Below, piece by piece: positions 1 through 9,511 of a stretch of 64,000 bases of DNA. The stretch spans positions 112,710 to 176,709 of the forward strand of contig JAGAOZ010000005.1 of the NCBI GenBank assembly GCA_017623505.1, given 5' to 3'. The notes beneath the pieces are model-generated. The model did no database searches. It had not been told where the DNA came from and worked only from the letters and a program-made list of their open reading frames with translations. This DNA comes from Alistipes sp. (GTDB lineage Bacteria; Bacteroidota; Bacteroidia; Bacteroidales; Rikenellaceae). Every line of letters begins with the position of its first letter. The first letter of the stretch is position 1. A program made the translations under genes and the position numbers.

Positions 1-84
1 TGCTAACCTATTCAGTTGCATATTTCCGTAATTATATAACTAACCCCAAAAATCGCAAATCCCCTTTTTCGGAATTTACGTCGG

Positions 85-92
85 CAAAAGTA
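85..92 (-). promoter_or_regulatory. Bacteroidetes -7 promoter element (TACTTTTG) for a gene probably starting at nt 21 (MQLNRLA...) and running off the left edge
   Basis: + strand CAAAAGTA matches TAnnTTTG on the minus strand; ATG (CAT at 19-21) lies about 65 nt downstream. Confidence 0.4.
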
Positions 93-182
93 TGAAATTC
101 AAATTTTATGGGGAAATTTTTTCAACGAACGACGTTTTTTTTATCACGAATAGCTAATGCTATTATATATGCCAAAAATCAA

Positions 183-209
183 AATATCCGCCCCCTCGGA
201 GCGGATATT
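183..209 (-). terminator. Intrinsic terminator of the S9 peptidase gene
   Basis: AATATCCGC/GCGGATATT stem with an A-run on its left (U-tract on minus strand), about 40 nt after the stop. Confidence 0.75.
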
Positions 210-250
210 CTGTAAATTTATTATGTGGGCATTAAACTTTTGCCATTCTG

Positions 251-2383
251 TTACTTAAGATGCTTATTCAACCAGCCTGTAAACTCTCTGTACCACACCA
301 TTGAGTTCTGTGGTTTGAATACTTGATGAGCCTCGTTTTCAAACTCCACCAAGCGAGCCTCTATGCCACGTACTCGTGCTGCGGTAAATGCCTCGAGTGA
401 CTGGGTGTAAGGGATGCGGAAGTCGTACTCTCCCGTTACAATCATTATCGGCGTATCCCAGTTGCTCACGAAGTTATGAGGTGAGCCTACGTATGAACGC
501 TGTGCTGTGGCGTTTGACTTCTCCCAGTAAGGACCTCCGTAGTCGTGATTAATAAAGAATAGCTCCTCTGTGTGGCCATACATTGACTCGAAGTTAAATA
601 TTCCGCAGTGTGAGATAAAGGCCTTGAAACGTCCCTCGTGGTGTCCCGCCAAATAGTATACCGAGTAACCTCCGTAAGAGGCTCCGACGCAACCGAGATG
701 CTCTGCATCTACCCAAGGCTCCTGTGCCACTTGGTCGATAGCTGCAAGATAATCTTTGATATTCTGTCCTGCGTAGTCACCCGAAATCTGCTCTCTCCAC
801 TCCGAGCCGAATGATGGGCAGCCACGGCGGTTAGGTGCTACTACAACATAACCCTCCGATGCCATCACCTGGAAATTCCAGCGATAGCTCCAACCATTCG
901 ATACAGTGCTCTGTGGACCACCCTCGCAGTAAAGAATTGCAGGATACTTTTTGTTAGGGTCAAAATCTGGTGGCAATATCACCCAAGTCAGCATCTCTTT
1001 GCCGTCGGTTGTCTTAATCCAACGCTTCTGTACTTCACCCATGCGTATATGCTTGTATATGTGGCCATTAATATCTGTTACTTGAGCGAGTTCTCCGTCG
1101 TTGAGATTTACAGCAAATATCTCAGCTGCACTTGAAATTGTTGTTCGTGCGGCATAACACTTATCGCCTGCAAGAGTCATTGATGCCAGGTCGTGGTCGC
1201 CACGTGTTATGGTCTCTATGCGAGGTGTCTCACCCTCTTGAGGGATTGTGATTTTGCAAATCTGATGTGTTCCGAACAGAGGTGATGTGAAGTAGATTGT
1301 CGAGTTATCTTTCCATATAACATTCTGTACGTTATGGTCAAACTCTGTTGTCAGATAACGCATCGCGCCACTTGCTACGTCGTAAACGAATAGACGGTCC
1401 TTGTCTGACTCGTAGCCCGGAGTCTGCATCGAGCAGAATGCCAACTGAGTGTCATCCGGTGACCACACAGGGTAGCGGTCATAACCTACAAACTCTCCCT
1501 TTGCCTGCTCTGTCGGCTTGTTGATGTTTATTGTTGAGCCGTCACGCGTGTCGTAGATAAATATATCTGAATCTGTCGATACGGCATACTCTGTGCCTGT
1601 CAGCTGCTTGCAGGTGTAAGCCAAACGTGTTCCATCGTTGCTCCAGGCAATCTCTGCTGCATCAAAATATGGTGCCAGCGGAGCATCCCACGCTGCGTCG
1701 CTACCGATTATATCCTTGTCATTTTTCAGGCCCTCGGCTGTCAGCTCGGCTACGAAGATATGGCTATAATATCCCTCATCCCAGTAGTCCCAGTGACGAG
1801 CCATCAAGTCGTCATATATTCTGGCCTTTGACTTATCCATATCTTTGTGAATGTCAGACGATTTGCGGTCTGCAACATGCACCTTGCGAGTGTAGAAAAT
1901 CTTATCTGCCGCAGCATTTATTCCGTATGCCTCTATTCCGCCCTCAACGGTTGTAATCTGCACAGGATTCTCTCCCGCTGCGCCCATCTTCCACAGCTGA
2001 TTCTCGCCACTGCGGTCAGATAGGAAATAGATGCTTTTACTATCACTGCTCCATTGCGCTGTATTGTTCGATGATTGGCCGTCTGTCAGGCACTTGCTCT
2101 CGCCGCTCTGGGTGTCGAGAACGAAGATTTGTGAGGTGCCTTTGTTCTCTGCCATGTTGTATGTTGTGACGTTGTATACCAGACGTTTAGCATCTGGTGA
2201 TAGACTCATCGAGCCCAATCGTCCCATCTTCCACATTGCCGATGCTGATAGTTTTCCATTGGCAATCTCGTCGGCTGAAAGTTCGTTTTTAATCGTCATT
2301 GCTGTTGAGGGTTGTTGTGCCATTTCGCAACAAGAACTCAGTGCAAAAGTTGCAATGGCCATAATAAAGGATAATTTTTTCAT
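251..2383 (-). CDS. S9 family (prolyl oligopeptidase/acylaminoacyl peptidase-like) serine peptidase, lipoprotein
   Basis: GASYGG nucleophile elbow, later D(FRIP) and H(QV) triad candidates, PD40/beta-propeller-like N-terminal region, lipobox LSSC. Confidence 0.9.
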   Translation of the reverse strand: MKKLSFIMAIATFALSSCCEMAQQPSTAMTIKNELSADEIANGKLSASAMWKMGRLGSMSLSPDAKRLVYNVTTYNMAENKGTSQIFVLDTQSGESKCLTDGQSSNNTAQWSSDSKSIYFLSDRSGENQLWKMGAAGENPVQITTVEGGIEAYGINAAADKIFYTRKVHVADRKSSDIHKDMDKSKARIYDDLMARHWDYWDEGYYSHIFVAELTAEGLKNDKDIIGSDAAWDAPLAPYFDAAEIAWSNDGTRLAYTCKQLTGTEYAVSTDSDIFIYDTRDGSTININKPTEQAKGEFVGYDRYPVWSPDDTQLAFCSMQTPGYESDKDRLFVYDVASGAMRYLTTEFDHNVQNVIWKDNSTIYFTSPLFGTHQICKITIPQEGETPRIETITRGDHDLASMTLAGDKCYAARTTISSAAEIFAVNLNDGELAQVTDINGHIYKHIRMGEVQKRWIKTTDGKEMLTWVILPPDFDPNKKYPAILYCEGGPQSTVSNGWSYRWNFQVMASEGYVVVAPNRRGCPSFGSEWREQISGDYAGQNIKDYLAAIDQVAQEPWVDAEHLGCVGASYGGYSVYYLAGHHEGRFKAFISHCGIFNFESMYGHTEELFFINHDYGGPYWEKSNATAQRSYVGSPHNFVSNWDTPIMIVTGEYDFRIPYTQSLEAFTAARVRGIEARLVEFENEAHQVFKPQNSMVWYREFTGWLNKHLK

Positions 2384-2414
2384 ATTTATATAGGTATTTT
2401 AACTTCAAATTTGT

Positions 2415-2422
2415 TATTTTTG
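2415..2422 (+). promoter_or_regulatory. -7 promoter element TATTTTTG for the NUDIX-porX-tsaE-cdaA operon
   Basis: Matches TAnnTTTG about 30 nt upstream of ATG 2451. Confidence 0.55.
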
Positions 2423-2450
2423 CAAATGAAATAGCTCAAAAGCTTTTAAT

Positions 2451-3128
2451 ATGATGCAGAAACCACCGATTCACTACACCACATCATCGACGATGCTTCC
2501 GTTGCCTTTCGAGGCTGACGGCTCTATTCGTCTGTCGTTTGCTGAGGCCGAGTTGTTGCTAACCTCCTGCGAGCCGGGTGGCGATTGGCATTGCATCTAT
2601 CTGGCTGCCGACGAGCATATTTCGAGAGCGAAGATAACGACTTTTTTGGGAAAATACAATAAAGTTGCGATTTTATCCCCATCGCCTCAAGCTCTGTTTG
2701 AGTCCATTGCTCAGCAGTTTAAGTGGATTGAGGCTGCGGGAGGTGTTGTTGAGAATCCTTCGGGCGAGGTTGTGATGATTCGCCGCAGTGACCGTTGGGA
2801 TTTGCCCAAAGGCCATCGTGAGGAGGGTGAGAGCTATGAGGTTTGTGCCGCTCGTGAGGCGGAGGAGGAGACGGGAGTCAGCGTAAGTTCTGTTGGTCGA
2901 TTGTTGGCTCGCACAATCCATTGCTACCAGCTGTTTGGTTGCTGGGAGATGAAGTTTACAGCTTGGTATGCTATGCAGGCTGAGCAGCGCTGTGTGTTAT
3001 CTCCACAGCAAAGCGAGGGTATAATTTGTGCAGAGTGGGTTAAGAGGGAGGATATCGAACGCTATATTTCTCACTCGTTTCCTACAATTAAAACAGTGTT
3101 TGCTTCGTTTCTTGATAAAAAAGATTAG
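2451..3128 (+). CDS. NUDIX hydrolase
   Basis: Nudix box GHREEGESYEVCAAREAEEETG preceded by WDLPKG; IEAAGGVV motif. Confidence 0.9.
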   Translation: MMQKPPIHYTTSSTMLPLPFEADGSIRLSFAEAELLLTSCEPGGDWHCIYLAADEHISRAKITTFLGKYNKVAILSPSPQALFESIAQQFKWIEAAGGVVENPSGEVVMIRRSDRWDLPKGHREEGESYEVCAAREAEEETGVSVSSVGRLLARTIHCYQLFGCWEMKFTAWYAMQAEQRCVLSPQQSEGIICAEWVKREDIERYISHSFPTIKTVFASFLDKKD

Positions 3129-3131
3129 ACT

Positions 3132-4688
3132 ATGGTAAAGATATTATGGGTAGATGACGAGATTGAGCTTCTCAAGCCACATCTCTTGTTTTTGAAGGGT
3201 AAGGGCTACGAGGTTGATTCCTGCAACAACGGCTACGATGCTGTTGATATGGTGCGTCAGACCGCCTACGATTTGATTATATTGGACGAGATGATGCCGG
3301 GTATGACAGGCCTGGAGACTCTCCCTTTGATTAAGGATGTTCGCCCTACCACACCAATTATTATGGTCACCAAGAGTGAGGAGGAGAATATTATGGATAA
3401 GGCTATCGGCTCTAAGATTGCCGACTATATCATTAAGCCCGTCAATCCTAATCAGGTCCTGCTCTCTATTAAGAAAAACGTTCATTCTCAGCAACTTGTT
3501 ACCGAGCAGACTACCGCCGATTATCGTGCGGAGTTTGGTCGTATCAGTTCGATGTGTCAGACGGCGTCTTCGTTTGAGCAGTGGTGTGCCATCTACCGCA
3601 AGATTACAGGTTGGGAGTTAGAGCTCTCTCAATCCTCAGACCAAAGTGTTAAGGAGGTCCTTGCCTATCAGAAGAATGAGGCGAATCAGGAGTTCTGTAA
3701 GTTTGTCCGCCGCAACTACTACAATTGGATTAACAAACGTGTAGACGAGCAGGATATTCCTGTTATGTCACATACTTTGATGCGTAAAAACATCCTTCCG
3801 GAGGTCGATTCACATCCCAAGACGACACTTCTGCTCATTGATAACTTCCGCTATGACCAGTGGCGTGCCATCAGTTCTATGCTCCGAGGTTATTACGATG
3901 TGCAGAAGGACGATTTCTATTGTGCTATTCTCCCGACGGCTACTCAGTATGCTCGTAACGCTATCTTTGCAGGTCTTATGCCGCTTGCTATCGAGAAACT
4001 TATGCCGGGCCAATGGCTCAATGATAACGAGCAGGGTGGTAAGAATCAGTATGAAGAGGATTTCTTGGCGCGTCAGCTGAAGATGGCGGGTAAGAACTAC
4101 CGTTGGACCTTCGATAAATTGGTACGTCCCGATGCAGGTCGCCGCCTTATAGATAACATCAACCGTGTCTATGATGCCGATTTCTCTGTTATCGTCTACA
4201 ATTTCTTGGATATTCTATCTCATGCTCGTACCGAGACTGATATTATCCGCGATTTGACTGAGGATGACGCCTCGTTCCGTTCGCTTACCTGTTCATGGTT
4301 TGAGCACTCCGATTTGTATACTATTTTGAAGTTGCTTTCCGAGCGAGGTCACCGTGTGATTATTACTTCTGACCACGGTACAATACGTGTTGATAATCCT
4401 GTCAGAGTGACAGGTGACCGTGAGACCTCTGTCAATCTGCGTTATAAGACGGGCCGTAACCTGCAATATAATCCGCGTGAGGTCTATGAGGTACAGAATC
4501 CGGAGGATATTCAGCTCCCTCGTATCAATCTTACCTCGAAATACATTTTTGCATACAACTACGATTTCTTGGTCTATAATAACGAGGCGAACAAATTTAT
4601 CCGCTACTATCGTGACACCTTCCAGCACGGAGGTATTTCGATGGAGGAGATGATTGTTCCGTATATAGTCCTTGAGCCCAAACAATAA
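3132..4688 (+). CDS. porX: PorX-type response regulator with receiver and PglZ (alkaline phosphatase superfamily) domains
   Basis: Receiver WVDDE...ILDEMMP...TK; PglZ motifs IDNFRYD, LPTATQYARN, SDHG, HGG; adjacent to tsaE as in other Bacteroidetes. Confidence 0.9.
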   Translation: MVKILWVDDEIELLKPHLLFLKGKGYEVDSCNNGYDAVDMVRQTAYDLIILDEMMPGMTGLETLPLIKDVRPTTPIIMVTKSEEENIMDKAIGSKIADYIIKPVNPNQVLLSIKKNVHSQQLVTEQTTADYRAEFGRISSMCQTASSFEQWCAIYRKITGWELELSQSSDQSVKEVLAYQKNEANQEFCKFVRRNYYNWINKRVDEQDIPVMSHTLMRKNILPEVDSHPKTTLLLIDNFRYDQWRAISSMLRGYYDVQKDDFYCAILPTATQYARNAIFAGLMPLAIEKLMPGQWLNDNEQGGKNQYEEDFLARQLKMAGKNYRWTFDKLVRPDAGRRLIDNINRVYDADFSVIVYNFLDILSHARTETDIIRDLTEDDASFRSLTCSWFEHSDLYTILKLLSERGHRVIITSDHGTIRVDNPVRVTGDRETSVNLRYKTGRNLQYNPREVYEVQNPEDIQLPRINLTSKYIFAYNYDFLVYNNEANKFIRYYRDTFQHGGISMEEMIVPYIVLEPKQ

Positions 4689-4704
4689 TTTTAGCATATC
4701 ATAG

Positions 4705-5118
4705 ATGAAACGTATAGAGATAGATTCCCTCTCATCCCTTGAGGATGTTGCTCGCCAGATAATCCAATCGCTGGGCGAGCGAAATGTTGTGTTGTTTAGA
4801 GGAGAGATGGGAGCCGGTAAGACAACGCTTATCAGCCGTATTGTCGAGGCTCTTGGTGCCGAGGATAATGTTACCAGCCCGACCTTTGCTTTGGTCAATC
4901 AGTATGAGGGTACGGAGCGTCGCATTTACCACTTCGACTTCTACCGTATAGAGCGTATCGAGGAGGTCTTTGACTTTGGTTACGAGGAGTACTTCTATTC
5001 GGGCGATTTATGTCTGGTTGAGTGGCCAGAGAAGATTGAGCCGCTGTTGCCTGAGGATGCTATGGAGGTCTATATCACCGTAGGTGATGATGAGTGTCGC
5101 GTTTTTGAGTTCGATTAA
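4705..5118 (+). CDS. tsaE: tRNA threonylcarbamoyladenosine biosynthesis ATPase TsaE
   Basis: GEMGAGKTT, VTSPTF, YHFDFYR, LVEWPE. Confidence 0.95.
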   Translation: MKRIEIDSLSSLEDVARQIIQSLGERNVVLFRGEMGAGKTTLISRIVEALGAEDNVTSPTFALVNQYEGTERRIYHFDFYRIERIEEVFDFGYEEYFYSGDLCLVEWPEKIEPLLPEDAMEVYITVGDDECRVFEFD

Positions 5119-5135
5119 CAATAAGAGTGTCAGAT

Positions 5136-5942
5136 ATGGATTTTATCCCTTTTACATTTATTGATTTTGTAGATATTACGTTGGTTGCTTTGCTCATGTT
5201 CGGTCTGTACCGTATGACGCGAGGCACTAATACCCCCTATATCTTTACAGGTCTGATTATCATCTATATTGTGTGGATTGCAGTTCAGGCTCTGAATATG
5301 ACCCTGTTACAAACCATCCTTGGTCAGATTGTCAGCGTGGGTGTGTTGGCTGTGATTATCATCTTCCAGCCGGAGCTGCGTAGTTTCTTGCAGATGCTTG
5401 GTATGCGACAGAAGGGCTTCAACTTTGTCAATCGTATCTTTGCCATTGAGAAGCACCGAGAGATTAATATCGAACCTATCGTCCGTGCTTGTAGCGAGAT
5501 GTCGCTCTCCAAGACAGGTGCCTTGATTGTTATCAGCCAAAAGAGTGATTTGGCCGATATTATTGAGAACGGCATTACGATTAATGCCGATTTGAGCGTT
5601 TCGCTGCTAGAAAATATCTTCTTTAAGAATGCGCCGCTGCACGATGGTGCTGTCGTTGTTCAGAACAATAGGGTAGTCGCTGCAAAGTGTATTCTGCCTG
5701 TTACGCAGTCCAATGTACCTAAGTCTTACGGTACGCGTCATCGTGCTGCGATAGGTATCACCGAGACTTCCGATGCTATTGCCATTACCGTTTCCGAGGA
5801 GACGGGAGGTATATCTGTTGCTTTTGCCGGTAAGATAGAGCGAAATATAGCACCAAAGAATCTGGTTAATATCATCTCAAGCCATATTGTTAAGGCCGAG
5901 CCGTCATCACGCCGTCGCGAGAAGAAGAGCGACGAGAAGTAG
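5136..5942 (+). CDS. cdaA: Membrane-bound diadenylate cyclase CdaA (start probably ATG 5136 rather than GTG 5127)
   Basis: Three N-terminal hydrophobic helices, FQPELR, LHDGAV and GTRHRAA DAC motifs. Confidence 0.92.
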   Translation: MDFIPFTFIDFVDITLVALLMFGLYRMTRGTNTPYIFTGLIIIYIVWIAVQALNMTLLQTILGQIVSVGVLAVIIIFQPELRSFLQMLGMRQKGFNFVNRIFAIEKHREINIEPIVRACSEMSLSKTGALIVISQKSDLADIIENGITINADLSVSLLENIFFKNAPLHDGAVVVQNNRVVAAKCILPVTQSNVPKSYGTRHRAAIGITETSDAIAITVSEETGGISVAFAGKIERNIAPKNLVNIISSHIVKAEPSSRRREKKSDEK

Positions 5943-5950
5943 GTGTTACG

Positions 5951-6763
5951 CTATACCTTATATATATAATCCGTCAAGGGGCTCACTTTTCGAGCCTCTT
6001 TTTCGTTCTCGAATATACCATACACCGCCGAGCCACTTCCCGACATTGAGGCATATATTGCCCCGGCATCTATCAGAGCCTGTTTTGCTGCGGCTATCTC
6101 TGGGTGGGTGCGGAGTATATGAGGCTCAAAATCGTTGGTAATCAACCCCTGCCACTCCTCAATCGGGCGACAAATACGCTCCGAGAGCTCTGTGTCGGGC
6201 CTATGAGGTGTCACTCCTGCGTACGCTTCGCGTGTAGATATATAGACCTCTGGTTTGATTATGGCAATCCATTTCTCACTCAGCTCCACACCTATATCAC
6301 TCATCCTCTCGCCACGTCCTTGGCAAAGCTGTGGGCTGTTTTTTACAAAAAATGCTGTGTCGCTGCCAATCTCGGCTGCCACCTGAATCAAATCCATGGT
6401 GCTTAGCCCCAAATTATATAACTCGTTGATAGCCATAATTACCGTCGTGCCATCTGCCGAGCCACCTCCCAGACCTGCTCCAAATGGGATATTCTTCTCC
6501 AGGATTATGCTCAGACCACCTGCGCCATAACGTTGCTGCATCAGCTGTGCCGCTTTGACACATATATTCTTCTGTGGCGGACAATCCACACTTAAGCCTC
6601 TGTTTTGAAATATAATCTCGTCGGAGTTTATCACCTCGATATCGAGCGTGTCATAAAGCCCATAAATAGGGTACATTATCGTCGATAGCTCATGATAACC
6701 ATCCGTACGACGTCGAAGCACATCCAGCCCGATGTTGATTTTGCAATTGGCTCTGTATCGCAT
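5951..6763 (-). CDS. ispE: 4-diphosphocytidyl-2C-methyl-D-erythritol kinase
   Basis: KINIGL, IPFGAGLGGGSAD, IGSD, MSGSGS. Confidence 0.95.
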   Translation of the reverse strand: MRYRANCKINIGLDVLRRRTDGYHELSTIMYPIYGLYDTLDIEVINSDEIIFQNRGLSVDCPPQKNICVKAAQLMQQRYGAGGLSIILEKNIPFGAGLGGGSADGTTVIMAINELYNLGLSTMDLIQVAAEIGSDTAFFVKNSPQLCQGRGERMSDIGVELSEKWIAIIKPEVYISTREAYAGVTPHRPDTELSERICRPIEEWQGLITNDFEPHILRTHPEIAAAKQALIDAGAIYASMSGSGSAVYGIFENEKEARKVSPLTDYIYKV

Positions 6764-6772
6764 TTTCGTAAA

Positions 6773-7351
6773 TTATATAGTGGACAACTTCTCTAAGATA
6801 GCATTGAGTAGTGTAGGGCGCAGATACTCTATACGCTGGCTCCATTCTCCCACCGAGCTGTCTGCGCCGTCGCTCACGACCTTTATTAGATGCAATTTTG
6901 CCGCCTTTTTGTTGTTTTGTGCAGCGTGAAACTTCACCGCCCTTACAATTGCATACGACTCCATATCCATACAATCGAATGGTTGTAAAAGTTTCAACTG
7001 TTCTGCTGGTGTCTGCTCGCCGATAAAGTTATCGGAGCTTACTATTGATTGGCTTGCATCTCCCGTTGATAGCAGTTCCTGTTCAGTGCCGAATAGTGGT
7101 TCCAAGTATATATCTCCTTGTGCCACTTTGCCGGGGTATAGTACCGTAGCGAATGGGTGCTTCGATGAGCCGCACGTGCCTACATTTATCACGTTGGCGT
7201 ACTCGCCTACCTTCAATGCAGCAAGTGTTGCTTCGAATGAGCGGAGCTTTCCGACGCCCGTGAAGCACAGATCACACTTCTGCTTCAGAATCTCTATTGC
7301 CTCTGAGCCCAACTCTTCGGGCAGAGCTACTAAGAGGAGATTTTTTGCCAT
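6773..7351 (-). CDS. Nucleoside phosphorylase / MTA-SAH nucleosidase-like protein (start probably MAKNLL at 7351)
   Basis: TGVGK, INVGTCG, SSDNF, DMESYAI, KVVSD motifs of the PNP_UDP_1 fold. Confidence 0.75.
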   Translation of the reverse strand: MAKNLLLVALPEELGSEAIEILKQKCDLCFTGVGKLRSFEATLAALKVGEYANVINVGTCGSSKHPFATVLYPGKVAQGDIYLEPLFGTEQELLSTGDASQSIVSSDNFIGEQTPAEQLKLLQPFDCMDMESYAIVRAVKFHAAQNNKKAAKLHLIKVVSDGADSSVGEWSQRIEYLRPTLLNAILEKLSTI

Positions 7352-7456
7352 AAAAAATAGTGTTGTTGTAATACGATTACAAAAATTGCGAATTTCCACG
7401 CAAAATGCAAATGGAAATTCGCAAAATTATGTTTTAATTAATCGATTGTCGGTAAA

Positions 7457-8116
7457 TTATTTCTTATCGGCAGCATACAAAGCATTAACCTTTGCCAACA
7501 CCGCATTGGTCATATCCAAAGACTCGTCAGCATCGATAAGCATGCCTGCGTTAAGAATCATCTTGTAACGACCATCAGCGTTAATCTCATCCACAGCCTT
7601 CTGGATGTAGTCAGCCAAACGGTTGTTCAATACGCTTAGCTCCTCCTGCAAAGCAGCAGCCTCTTTCTGATAGCTTGTCTGGAGATACTGAACGTTCTGC
7701 TGCATCTTCTTTGCGCGAGACTCCAAACTCTCCTGCTGCTTCTGAGCGTCGAGTGAGGTGATAAGACCCTTGCTATACTTCTCCTGAAGCTCTACGTATG
7801 CCTTTTGAATGCTGCTATCCTCAGCCTGGAGGTTCTTCTCCTTCTGAGCGAAAGTCTCCATTGACTTGTTAATCTTCTCATTCAACGCTACGCCCTCGGT
7901 CTGTGAGAGTGTGCTCATAGCGTGAATGTACTCAATATCCAAATAAGCGATGTCGCCCGTTGGAAGGGTTACATTTGTTGAATCTTGTGTCAATGTAGTC
8001 TCAGTTGTTGCACCTGCCTCACCTGTTGCCTCATTTCCTTTTTGCGCTGCGTTATCTCCACCACATGATGTCAAAGCAAAAGCAGCGACTGAGAGAATCC
8101 AAATAATCTTCTTCAT
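7457..8116 (-). CDS. OmpH/Skp family chaperone-like lipoprotein (start MKKIIW at 8116)
   Basis: Lipobox LTSC, IAYLDIEY, long Gln/Glu coiled coil, C-terminal YKMILN...DMTNAVLAKVN. Confidence 0.8.
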   Translation of the reverse strand: MKKIIWILSVAAFALTSCGGDNAAQKGNEATGEAGATTETTLTQDSTNVTLPTGDIAYLDIEYIHAMSTLSQTEGVALNEKINKSMETFAQKEKNLQAEDSSIQKAYVELQEKYSKGLITSLDAQKQQESLESRAKKMQQNVQYLQTSYQKEAAALQEELSVLNNRLADYIQKAVDEINADGRYKMILNAGMLIDADESLDMTNAVLAKVNALYAADKK

Positions 8117-8188
8117 AATTTTGATATGTATTTTACAATTTTTAGTCGAATATTTCGTAATAATTGACAAAGGTATGAAAAATATATT

Positions 8189-8196
8189 TATTTTTG
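8189..8196 (+). promoter_or_regulatory. -7 promoter element for ruvA
   Basis: TATTTTTG 26 nt upstream of ATG 8222. Confidence 0.5.
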
Positions 8197-8221
8197 TGGT
8201 ATTGCTAAAAAAAATAACACT

Positions 8222-8812
8222 ATGTACGAATATATATCCGGTAATCTTGTCGAATTAGCCCCTGCTTATGCCGTTGTTGAGGCTTCGGGTGTTGGCTACT
8301 ATCTGAATATCTCGTTGCAGACCTATGCGGCTATCGAGGGTAGCTCTTCGGCGAAGCTCTACGTCCATTTCTCGGTACGTGAGGATGCTCAGATTCTCTA
8401 TGGTTTTGCTACTAAATTGGAGCGAGAGCTATTCCGACAGCTTATCAGTGTGTCGGGTGTTGGTGGCAATACTGCCCGTATGATTCTCTCGACCTATTCA
8501 AGCAGTGAGTTGCGTAATATCATCGCTACCGAGAACGCTGTTTTGCTCAAGAATGTCAAGGGCTTAGGCTTGAAGACGGCGCAAAAGATTATCGTTGATT
8601 TAAGTGGCAAGATGATAGACTTAGGTCTTGACGAGCCTACGCACTCTGTTGTCAATGTCGCCTCTAATCCGATTATGGAGGAGGCTTTGCAGGCTCTTGT
8701 TATGTTGGGCTTCCAGAAAGCGGCCTCCGAGAAGGTCCTTAAGTCACTCCTTGCCGAGTCGCCAACTATCTCTGTTGAGGAGGCTGTGCGTCAGGCTCTG
8801 CGTAGGATGTAG
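8222..8812 (+). CDS. ruvA: Holliday junction branch migration protein RuvA
   Basis: MYEYISG, VREDAQILYGF, SVSGVG and KGLGLKTAQKI HhH motifs, ALVMLGF. Confidence 0.96.
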   Translation: MYEYISGNLVELAPAYAVVEASGVGYYLNISLQTYAAIEGSSSAKLYVHFSVREDAQILYGFATKLERELFRQLISVSGVGGNTARMILSTYSSSELRNIIATENAVLLKNVKGLGLKTAQKIIVDLSGKMIDLGLDEPTHSVVNVASNPIMEEALQALVMLGFQKAASEKVLKSLLAESPTISVEEAVRQALRRM

Positions 8813-8872
8813 TGTATTTCTGTGTCAATGAGTTTGTCGTAAGATAAATTTTTATTAACTTTGCACGATTAT

Positions 8873-9490
8873 ATGTCTATGCGATTGAAATATAGTTTGA
8901 CCTTCTTGTTGGCGTCGGTTCTGTTTTTGCTGTCGGGATGTACCAAGGATGATGATACACTCCAGAAGCAGCAAGATAGTATCGAACGCTATCTTACGTC
9001 GAGTCATGTTCCGCGTCTGATATGGGAGGAGGAGCTTGAGACTTCGTTGGAGCCTGAGCCTCCTTTCTATGAGAAGCTTGAACTTGACACCTACCGCTAT
9101 ATTGCGACTTATTACGAGCCCGACCGTTTAACCCGTACGGAGGTTGTTTCTGGTTCTGTTGTGGAGTTGCGTATCACGGGCTATATATTTCAGGGTGGCT
9201 CTCCGAAGACGGACGATGTCTTTTTTTCAAACGACGAGGCTGTTATTGCGGAGTTGGTTGCCAAGGGTCTTAATACCGAGTTTTGGAGTACCGAGCCTTT
9301 GGTGCTTAAAATGGGTAGTAATAAAATAATAAAAGGCTTAGAGATTTCGTTATATGGCTGCCGTGAGGGCGATAAAGTCGAGGCCTATTCGACTATGGCT
9401 GACGGTTACGGTGGCGACGATATGGGTATTGTTCCATCTGATAGCCCTATCATTTGGATTTACACTATCCTTTCGGTTAAAAATGAGTAG
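8873..9490 (+). CDS. FKBP-type peptidyl-prolyl isomerase-like lipoprotein with degenerate active site (start ATG 8873 or 8879)
   Basis: Lipobox LSGC followed by TKDDD; IIKGLEISL, GDKVEAY, GYG...IVPSDSPIIW resemble an FKBP C-terminus; TAACTTTG promoter at 8856-8863. Confidence 0.65.
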   Translation: MSMRLKYSLTFLLASVLFLLSGCTKDDDTLQKQQDSIERYLTSSHVPRLIWEEELETSLEPEPPFYEKLELDTYRYIATYYEPDRLTRTEVVSGSVVELRITGYIFQGGSPKTDDVFFSNDEAVIAELVAKGLNTEFWSTEPLVLKMGSNKIIKGLEISLYGCREGDKVEAYSTMADGYGGDDMGIVPSDSPIIWIYTILSVKNE

Positions 9491-9511
9491 TAGAGAAAAG
9501 TTTAGTATAGT

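Noticed and set aside
121-140. ACGAACGACG resembling a Bacteroides invertible-promoter inverted repeat (ACGAACGTYT)
   Set aside because: Mismatched core, no partner repeat seen and no recombinase in the window
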